Position numbers and translations under genes: made by a program. Shown piece after piece: positions 57,008 through 64,000 of a stretch of 64,000 bases of DNA. The notes beneath the pieces are model-generated. The model saw only the letters and a program-made list of their open reading frames with translations. It ran no database searches and had not been told where the DNA came from. The DNA is from Dehalococcoidia bacterium (GTDB taxonomy: Bacteria > Chloroflexota > Dehalococcoidia > Lucifugimonadales > UBA3495): the NCBI GenBank assembly GCA_965232895.1, contig OZ247430.1:40934-104933 (forward strand), given 5' to 3'. Every line of letters starts with the position of its first letter. Within the stretch, counting starts at the first letter, position 1.

Positions 57008-57682
57008 CTATCCCTCGAAAACATACCCGAATATCCACGGGCATATTACCAAAAAGAGCGCGTCAAAGACTACCAGCAGAGGGAGCCAACGGGTCCAGAC
57101 CGCCAGCGTCGGACCACCCTGCAACACCAGGTCGGTCGCCTCAACCGCCGCGATGATCACGGGGACGATCACCGGGAAGAAGAGCACGGGCAGAAGGATT
57201 TCTCGCGACCGGGTTTGGGCCGCGATGGCCGCAAAGAAGGTTCCTACGGTGGCAAAGCCGATAGTCGCCAGCAGAATGATCAGTCCCAGGACCGGAGATA
57301 ACGTTGGCAGGTCGAGCATGACCGCGAACACGGGCAGCAACACGGCCTCGATAACCAGCATGAACGCCAGCGTGCCGAGCATCTTGCCCAGGAAAACGGC
57401 GTCGCGGCTCACCGGGGCAGCGAGCAGTCCATCCAGCGCTCCCTGCTCGAGCTCGCGAGCGAACGCGCGATTCATCGCCAGCACCCCGACGAAACCATAG
57501 GCCACCCAGAGCAGGCCCGGCGCCACCGGCGCGAGGCTGCCGGGGGTGCGGTTGAGACCGAAATTGAAGACCACTACGACGATCAGGCCGAAGATCAGAG
57601 CCGAAACGACGGTGTCGCGGGAACGAATCTCCAGGCGGACGTCTTTCCACGCTATGGCCAGGGTCGCGCTGAGCAGCCGCAT
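57008..57682 (-). CDS. ccmB: Heme exporter subunit B
   Basis: AWKDVRLEIRS, PGLLWVA, ELEQGALDGLL, REILLPVLFFP. Confidence 0.9.
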   Translation of the reverse strand: MRLLSATLAIAWKDVRLEIRSRDTVVSALIFGLIVVVVFNFGLNRTPGSLAPVAPGLLWVAYGFVGVLAMNRAFARELEQGALDGLLAAPVSRDAVFLGKMLGTLAFMLVIEAVLLPVFAVMLDLPTLSPVLGLIILLATIGFATVGTFFAAIAAQTRSREILLPVLFFPVIVPVIIAAVEATDLVLQGGPTLAVWTRWLPLLVVFDALFLVICPWIFGYVFEG

Positions 57683-57706
57683 GGGCGACGGTCCAATTGG
57701 GTTGTG

Positions 57707-58432
57707 TCACCCGTGAACCGGGCTCGGATTGGATTTGGCAGGCGTCGCTTCGGAGCCGCGATCAAAAGGCGTCTCGACCGCCAATCGCCCCCGGTCCAGC
57801 CTCAGAACGCAGTCGGCCCAAGCCTGCCCGATTTCGGAGCTGTGGGTCGTCAGCAACGCGGTTTTGCCGGACGACGTCCAATCGCGCAGCAGTTCGCCCA
57901 GCGATGCGACGGAATCGGCATCGAGGCCCGATTCCGGTTCGTCGAGCAGCAGGACTGCGGGTTGGTGCAGGATGGCGCGAGCTACGGACAAGCGCTTTTG
58001 CATGCCGTGGGACAGCGTGCGGACGCGCCGGTCCGCGCGGTCGGCGAGGGCCACTTGATCGAGGACGCTCTCGATGCGAGCCTGGGGATGGTTTACGCCG
58101 TACAGTTTCGCGTAGAAAGCCAGGTTTTCCCGACAGGTCAGGTCGCTGTAAAGGAGAGTCTGGTGGCCGACGAAACCGACCAGGGTTCGCGCGCGGCCGC
58201 CGGAACGCCGCATCCGCAGGCCGGCGACGTGCGACTCACCCGCGTCCGGGCGCGACAGGCCCGCCAGGATCCGGAGCAGAGTAGTCTTTCCCGCGCCGTT
58301 GGCTCCGAAGAGCACCGCGATCTGGCCCCAGGCCACGGAGACGTCAACGCCGCGCAGAACGCTCCGATCACCGTAGTCCTTGCGGAGACCAACCGCCGAG
58401 ATGGCTGAAGAACCGGCCGAGGCGTGGCTCAT
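57707..58432 (-). CDS. ccmA: Heme ABC exporter ATPase
   Basis: GANGAGKTTLL, ENLAFY, LSHGMQKRL, LLDEP; first gene of the ccm run. Confidence 0.88.
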   Translation of the reverse strand: MSHASAGSSAISAVGLRKDYGDRSVLRGVDVSVAWGQIAVLFGANGAGKTTLLRILAGLSRPDAGESHVAGLRMRRSGGRARTLVGFVGHQTLLYSDLTCRENLAFYAKLYGVNHPQARIESVLDQVALADRADRRVRTLSHGMQKRLSVARAILHQPAVLLLDEPESGLDADSVASLGELLRDWTSSGKTALLTTHSSEIGQAWADCVLRLDRGRLAVETPFDRGSEATPAKSNPSPVHG

Positions 58433-58441
58433 CGGATTGGG

Positions 58442-60055
58442 TCAGCGGTGATGTTCAAAGCGTTCCCGGAGGACCTTTTTGTCGAACTTGCCCACGCTGG
58501 TTTTGGGTATTTCGTCGATGAACACCACGTCATCCGGGAGCCACCACCGGGCGAAGTCAGGACGGATGAAGTCCAGTATCGTATCTTTGGTCAACTGGCC
58601 CGACGCTTCCGCTCGCGTCACCACGCAGGCCAACGGTCGCTCCTGCCACTGGGGATCCGGGATAGCGATGACGGCGGCCTCCAGCACGTCCGGGTGGGCC
58701 ATGATCGCTGACTCGAGGTCCACGGAGGATATCCACTCGCCACCGCTCTTCACCATGTCCTTCACCCGGTCGACGATCTGGATGTAGCCGTTGGCGTCGA
58801 TGGTGGCGATGTCGCCGCTGTGATACCAGCCGTCGATGAAGGTCTCCGCGCTGCGCTCGTCGTCCACGTACTGGTCAGCCACCCACGGGCCGCGGAACCA
58901 GAGCTCACCACGCTGTTCACCATCCCAGGCCAGGTCATCGCCGTTCTCGTCGGCCAGCTTCATGTCGATGCCGGGGGCAATCACGCCCTGGCTGGCATTG
59001 AGTTCGAGACGTTTCGCATCAGGAAGGTCATCCAGCCAGCTGCGCCGCCGGTTCACGGAGATCAGCGGCGCGGCCTCCGTCATGCCGTAGGCGTGAACGA
59101 TTTCGACGCCCAGTTGATCGCGGTAAGCCTGCAAGACGGCGAGAGGAACCGCCGAGCCGCCGCTGACCACCTGCCGCAGCGACGACAGGTCGTATTCGAC
59201 GCCGGATCGCTGGAGGTAGTCGAGAACGCCGATCCAGATGGTCGGCACGCCGGCGCTGATGGTCACCCTCTCGCGCTCGATCATCTCGCAGATGACGCGC
59301 GGGTCCGGCCGAACCCCCGGGAAGATCTGCGACGCTCCGAACATGGCGGACGCGTAGGGGAAGCCCCAGCAGTTGGCATGGAACATGGGCACGATGGCCA
59401 TGATCCGGTCGCGTTCCGAAACGGCCATCATATCGGCGGTGGCCGCCGTCATCGAATGGAGGTATACGGCCCGGTGGGAGTAGGCCACGCCCTTGGGCAA
59501 GCCGGTGGTGGCGGAGGTGTAGCAGAGGCCCATGGTGGAGTATTCGTCGACATCCGCCGGACGGTACTCGGGGGACGCCGCGGCCAGCAGGGCTTCATAG
59601 CACACGGCGTTGGGCAGCGACGTGGTCATCTCGCTGGGATCGCCGAGGATGACAAAGCGCTCGACCGAGGTCAGGCGGTCGGCGATGGCTTCAATCGCAG
59701 GAGCAAGGTCCGGATCGATCAACAACACCTTGTCGCCGGCGTGGTTGATGATGTAGGCCATGTCGTCGGGAGCCAGCCGGATGTTGATGGTGTGTGTAAC
59801 TGCGCCGATGGTCGCCGGAGCGAAATACGCTTCCAGGTGTCGGTAGGTGTTCCAGGCGAAGGTGCCGACCCGGTCCCCACGGCCAACCCCCAACTCCCGC
59901 AGCGCGTTGCCCAGCCGCGAGGCGCGCTCGAACATATCGGCGTAGGTGTAACGGTGGGTTTCCTCCCCCACGCGCGTTACGATTTCCTTGTTGGGGAAGT
60001 GGGTTGCCACGCGCTCCAAAATGCGGTTAGCCAGCAACTCATAGTGCATCGTCAT
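58442..60055 (-). CDS. Long-chain fatty acid--CoA ligase (AMP-binding, DmdB-like)
   Basis: YTSATTGLPKG, VPMFHANCWG, AYGMTE, HSGDIA, KSGGEWISS, KTSVGKFDKK. Confidence 0.9.
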   Translation of the reverse strand: MTMHYELLANRILERVATHFPNKEIVTRVGEETHRYTYADMFERASRLGNALRELGVGRGDRVGTFAWNTYRHLEAYFAPATIGAVTHTINIRLAPDDMAYIINHAGDKVLLIDPDLAPAIEAIADRLTSVERFVILGDPSEMTTSLPNAVCYEALLAAASPEYRPADVDEYSTMGLCYTSATTGLPKGVAYSHRAVYLHSMTAATADMMAVSERDRIMAIVPMFHANCWGFPYASAMFGASQIFPGVRPDPRVICEMIERERVTISAGVPTIWIGVLDYLQRSGVEYDLSSLRQVVSGGSAVPLAVLQAYRDQLGVEIVHAYGMTEAAPLISVNRRRSWLDDLPDAKRLELNASQGVIAPGIDMKLADENGDDLAWDGEQRGELWFRGPWVADQYVDDERSAETFIDGWYHSGDIATIDANGYIQIVDRVKDMVKSGGEWISSVDLESAIMAHPDVLEAAVIAIPDPQWQERPLACVVTRAEASGQLTKDTILDFIRPDFARWWLPDDVVFIDEIPKTSVGKFDKKVLRERFEHHR

Positions 60056-60184
60056 AGCGAATCTCCTGCCGTGGGTCCCGCCGTGCGCATCGCATTGATC
60101 GTGGTTTGTCTGATATTTTCTCGAACGGAACAGGTGACATTGCGGAGGTGAATGATTGAAGCCGGCGTTCGGTCGGCTCGCGGA

Positions 60185-60979
60185 TCACGGATGCTTGATG
60201 CTCACCCCGCCGTCGATCGCCCAGGTCTGGCCGGTCACATAGGAGGCGGCCGGCGAGGCAAGATAGACGGCGAGGTAGCCAACCTCGATGAGACGGCCCA
60301 CGCGAGCGAGTGGGATCGTATCGCCAGCAGATGCGTCTCGCGCCCCGAAAGCCTCCTCAGACATCTGCTCCGGATCTGGGAACGTGCCGGGCGCGATGGC
60401 GTTGCAACGGACCCCGAAGGGAGCCCACTCCTGGGCCACGCACTCGGTGAATCTCATCACGCCGGCCTTGGAGGCGTCGTACGCCGCGGACATGGGGCGT
60501 CCCCGGAACGATGCCCAGCCGCTGATGTTGATGACGTTGCCCTGACCTCGCTCCAGCATGTGGGGCCCCACGGCGCGACAACCCTGGAAAGCTTCCGTCA
60601 GGTTGATGTCGACGATGCTGTGCCATTCGGTTTCCGTCATGCCGGGGATATCGCTGCCGGGAAGCTGTGCAACCGGCTTGCGGATGGCGTCCCCCACGCA
60701 GTTGACCAGCGTGTCGATATGGCCAAACTCGGCGAGGGTGCGACCGACGATGGCATCGGTGTCCGCCGCAGTGGTCGCGTCGCCGGTGAGCGGGAGACAG
60801 GTCCCTCCCGCAGCCTTGATCTCCTCGGCAACCCGGTCCACCCCGGTGGAGGTCAATCCGGTTACGGCCACGTCTGCGCCGGCTTGCGCAAACGCCAGGG
60901 CGATGCCCTTGCCAATGCCACGACCCGCGCCAACCAGCAACACTTTCTGCCCGGTTACGTCGAAGATGTCCAAACTCAT
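60185..60979 (-). CDS. Short-chain dehydrogenase/reductase
   Basis: VGAGRGIG, YDASK, NAIAPG, YVTGQTWAIDGG. Confidence 0.9.
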   Translation of the reverse strand: MSLDIFDVTGQKVLLVGAGRGIGKGIALAFAQAGADVAVTGLTSTGVDRVAEEIKAAGGTCLPLTGDATTAADTDAIVGRTLAEFGHIDTLVNCVGDAIRKPVAQLPGSDIPGMTETEWHSIVDINLTEAFQGCRAVGPHMLERGQGNVINISGWASFRGRPMSAAYDASKAGVMRFTECVAQEWAPFGVRCNAIAPGTFPDPEQMSEEAFGARDASAGDTIPLARVGRLIEVGYLAVYLASPAASYVTGQTWAIDGGVSIKHP

Positions 60980-61052
60980 CGGTCCACTCCTATGGTGTTG
61001 CCCGCGTCCCGGCAGTCGTCCTAGCGTTATTGGAGTTCATGGTGCCACACTG

Positions 61053-61079
61053 ATAGGTGCACGGCAACCGTGCCCCTAC
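61053..61079 (-). repeat. GTAG-type REP-like palindrome
   Basis: Minus strand GTAGGGGCACGG-ttg-CCGTGCACCTAT. Confidence 0.6.
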
Positions 61080-61286
61080 GGTCGTTTGCTTTGCCACCTG
61101 CATTGCGGGCCGTCGAGCAACCCACGCGATGCGGATCTGATGGTCCATTGAGATCCCGGTCGCAACCCGGCGGTGGACAAGGCGCGGGCCGGGTTCTCGC
61201 GTTGATGCGCTCCGGCGTGGCGGATCATAATGGCAATGGGGTAAAATCGGGCAACGCTTTTCTACTTGGTTTTCGAGGTGTCGGAC

Positions 61287-61673
61287 ATGCCCAGGGACAG
61301 TAATCGGGTGGTGTACCCGCCGGACGGATGGACGAACTCGCTGGCTGCGGAATACATCGGTCCCGACCAATTTGGCAACGGCGAAGTGTATGACGTCAAC
61401 GTTGGCGAGGCTCCGCTGATTCGCCTCATTTACGACCAGCGTGACGAGGAAATCACCGTTCGGTGCCTGCGCTGCGAGCAACAATCGCAGGCCGCTGGCC
61501 GTTTCACCGCGCACCCCATGATCGGCATCGTCAGCATCAACGCCACCGCTCTGCTGGTTCCGATGAACACGCCGCGCATCATGCGGCACCTGGCAGACCG
61601 CCACGAAGAGACTCTGGACGGAATGGACGATGTCAATTTTTTCAATTGCCTGCTGGACAGTTGTGGCCTTTGA
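61287..61673 (+). CDS. Hypothetical protein with CxxC and HxxxxH
   Basis: GAGGTG RBS; 128 aa; CLRC and HLADRH. Confidence 0.65.
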   Translation: MPRDSNRVVYPPDGWTNSLAAEYIGPDQFGNGEVYDVNVGEAPLIRLIYDQRDEEITVRCLRCEQQSQAAGRFTAHPMIGIVSINATALLVPMNTPRIMRHLADRHEETLDGMDDVNFFNCLLDSCGL

Positions 61674-61718
61674 CGAAAGTCAGGGTGGACCCGGATTCGA
61701 TCATCGGGAGGTAACCCC

Positions 61719-63269
61719 TTGCAGTATGACTACATAATCGTCGGCGGAGGATCGGCCGGGTGCGCGCTGGCTTCCCGGTTGACCGAGGACCCGGACGTGT
61801 CGGTCCTGCTCCTTGAAGCCGGCCCGGACTATCCCGACTTCGAGCATTTGCCGATTGACCTGAAAGACGGCAACAACATGTGGCGTTCCGCATACGGGCC
61901 GCACAGCTGGGGCTACCTGGCCAGAGGCACGCCCCAACAGGAGGAGCCCATCATCATCCCGCGCGGCAAGGCCATGGGCGGCTCGTCCAGCATCAACGGC
62001 CAGGTGTTGTTCCGCGGGGTACCGGAGGACTACGACAACTGGGCGATTTGGGGGAACGACGAGTGGTCGTTCACCAAAGTGCTGCCGTATTTTCGCCGGC
62101 TGGAAAACGACCTGGACTTCGGCGGCGACGACTTCCACGGCAACTCCGGGCCGATTCCGGTGCGGCGGTACAAGCGCCACGAGTGGCTGCCCGTCGCTGA
62201 AGCGTTTTACGACACGTGCCGGGAACTGGGGTTTCCGGAAGACGCTGACCAGAATCATCCCGACTCATTCGGCGTCGCGGCGCGGCCGCTGAACAACATC
62301 GATGGCGTCCGGATGAGCACCTCGTTGACCTACCTGTCGCTGGCGCGCCACCGCATGAACCTCACGGTGCGGGGGAACGTGGTAACCCGGCGCGTACTCT
62401 TCGAGGACAAAACCGCCGTCGGCGTCGAAGCGGAGAGTGGCGGCGAGGTATTCGAGGTCTACGGCAACCAGGTTATCCTGAGCGCCGGGGCCATCGGATC
62501 ACCCCAGATACTCCTGCTTTCGGGCGTCGGACCGGCCGACCATCTCCAGGAGATGGGCATACCGCTGGTGCACGAGCTCACCGGCGTCGGCGAGAACCTG
62601 CGCGACCACCCGGCGGTGTTCAGCCTGTTTCGGGGGGTGGGCGACCCGCCCGATCTGGACGCGCCGAGCATCCAGGTCGCGTTGCGCTACAGTCCGGAGG
62701 GCACGGGCACGCGGGGCGACATCCAGCTTTCGCCGATCCTGATGACCAGCGAGCATCGCCCGTCCAGCGTGAACATTGAAACGGACGACTTCCACTTCGG
62801 GTTCAGCGCGGCGCTGCAGAACGCATCCACTGCCGGACGCCTGCGCCTGGCCTCCACCGACCCGCACGCGCAGCCGGACCTGTTCTACGACTACCTGTCG
62901 GACCCGGTGGACCGTCAGCGCCTGCGCGCGGCCGTGCGGCTGGGCCTGCAGATTGCCGAGCAGCCGACTTTCCGCGAGTTCGTCGTGGAGCGTCTCTCCC
63001 CTACGGACGAAGAACTGGCATCGAATGCTGCGCTGGATCAATGGATGCTGCGCAACGCCTACACCCAGCACCACTCGTCGGGCACCTGCAAAATGGGTCC
63101 CGGCTCGGACCTGGACGCGGTGGTCGACCAATACTGCCGGGTCTACGGCATGGAGAACCTGCGCGTCGTCGACGCGTCGGTTATGCCCGACGTGATCCGC
63201 GCAAACACCAACGCCACTACAATAATGATCGCGGAGCGGGTGGCAGACTTCATCAGGGAAGGCACGTAG
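61719..63269 (+). CDS. GMC family oxidoreductase (choline dehydrogenase-like)
   Basis: YDYIIVGGGSAG, RGKAMGGSSSING, LSAGAIGSPQILLLSG, HHSSGTCKMG, VVDASVMP, NTNATTIMIAER. Confidence 0.92.
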   Translation: MQYDYIIVGGGSAGCALASRLTEDPDVSVLLLEAGPDYPDFEHLPIDLKDGNNMWRSAYGPHSWGYLARGTPQQEEPIIIPRGKAMGGSSSINGQVLFRGVPEDYDNWAIWGNDEWSFTKVLPYFRRLENDLDFGGDDFHGNSGPIPVRRYKRHEWLPVAEAFYDTCRELGFPEDADQNHPDSFGVAARPLNNIDGVRMSTSLTYLSLARHRMNLTVRGNVVTRRVLFEDKTAVGVEAESGGEVFEVYGNQVILSAGAIGSPQILLLSGVGPADHLQEMGIPLVHELTGVGENLRDHPAVFSLFRGVGDPPDLDAPSIQVALRYSPEGTGTRGDIQLSPILMTSEHRPSSVNIETDDFHFGFSAALQNASTAGRLRLASTDPHAQPDLFYDYLSDPVDRQRLRAAVRLGLQIAEQPTFREFVVERLSPTDEELASNAALDQWMLRNAYTQHHSSGTCKMGPGSDLDAVVDQYCRVYGMENLRVVDASVMPDVIRANTNATTIMIAERVADFIREGT

Positions 63270-63310
63270 CGTTGTTCCCTTAACCGCTCAACGCACAAGA
63301 CATATTCCAC

Positions 63311-63348
63311 CATGGAAACCAAAGCAACACATGGAAACCAAAGCAACA
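63311..63348. repeat. 19-bp direct duplication upstream of fumC
   Basis: CATGGAAACCAAAGCAACA twice. Confidence 0.85.
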
Positions 63349-63365
63349 GAGGACGGCACCAAGCG

Positions 63366-64000
63366 ATGACTACTTCGGCAACTCGGATTGAACGCGACTC
63401 CATGGGTGAGATGGAGGTCCCGGCCGACGCCCTGTACGGAGCGTCGACCATGCGGGCGGTCCTGAACTTTCCCATCAGCGACCTGCGCTTCCCCCGTCAG
63501 TTCATACGAGCCCTTGGGCTCATAAAGCTGGCGGCGGCGCAAACCAACATGGATCTGGGCGTCCTGGACCCCACGGTCGGCAACGCCATCGTCCAGGCGG
63601 CCCAGGAGGTCGCGGACGGCAAGCACGACGATCATTTCGTACTGGACATCTTTCAGACCGGATCCGGCACCTCGACCAACACCAACGCCAATGAGGTGAT
63701 CGCCAACCGGGCTTCGCAAATCCTGGGCGGCGACCTGGGATCGCGCCTGGTGCATCCCAACGACAACGTCAACCTCGGCCAATCTTCCAACGACGTTATT
63801 CCCACGGCGATCCACCTGGCAGCGCTGCTGGGGCTGAACGAAGATCTGGCGCCGGCTTTGGAGTCACTACAGTCGGCGCTGCAGGCGAAATCCGATGAGT
63901 TCTGGCCGATCATCAAAACGGGAAGAACGCACCTGCAGGACGCGACGCCGGTCCGCCTCGGCCAGGAGTTCAGCGGTTACGCTGGCCAGGCTCAATACAG
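63366..64000 (+). CDS. fumC: Class II fumarate hydratase (5' part, runs off the window)
   Basis: [74 protein letters not shown]. Confidence 0.92.
   Translation, partial: MTTSATRIERDSMGEMEVPADALYGASTMRAVLNFPISDLRFPRQFIRALGLIKLAAAQTNMDLGVLDPTVGNAIVQAAQEVADGKHDDHFVLDIFQTGSGTSTNTNANEVIANRASQILGGDLGSRLVHPNDNVNLGQSSNDVIPTAIHLAALLGLNEDLAPALESLQSALQAKSDEFWPIIKTGRTHLQDATPVRLGQEFSGYAGQAQY

Noticed and set aside
1168-63815. Numerous long antisense or alternate-frame ORFs (e.g. 1168-2049, 4651-5709, 8389-9921, 15907-17460, 27820-29112, 52979-54475, 58820-60151)
   Set aside because: They overlap well-supported genes, lack recognisable motifs and are expected shadows in high-GC DNA.

Overview
High-GC bacterial chromosome segment, most likely Chloroflexota/Dehalococcoidia (SAR202-like). 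This assignment is inferred from gene content and style, not from a database search. Most of the window is housekeeping: TCA enzymes (partial sdhB, CCG-domain SdhE/HdrB-like subunit, mdh, monomeric icd, korAB, partial fumC), thrS, frameshifted prfB, a riboflavin operon (ribD-ribE-ribB-ribBA) with dcd, selA, argC, nth, tRNA-Glu, pstS, pepP, a Zn/Mn ABC transporter, ccmABCDE and several catabolic enzymes. Accessory content is a single-chain type IIG/IIL restriction-modification gene with a low-GC specificity region, a small low-GC islet (vapBC plus two orphans), five copies of a 152-bp inverted-repeat-bounded REP-doublet element and other REP-like palindromes. The most striking feature is hidden from the ORF track. 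Two tandem paralogous lipoproteins (14007-14657 and 14701-15534) each have a thioredoxin-fold active site reading W-UGA-P-x-C. An identically placed stem-loop with a compensatory base-pair change follows each UGA, and selA lies in the same window. They are very probably exported UxxC selenoproteins with their own SECIS element.
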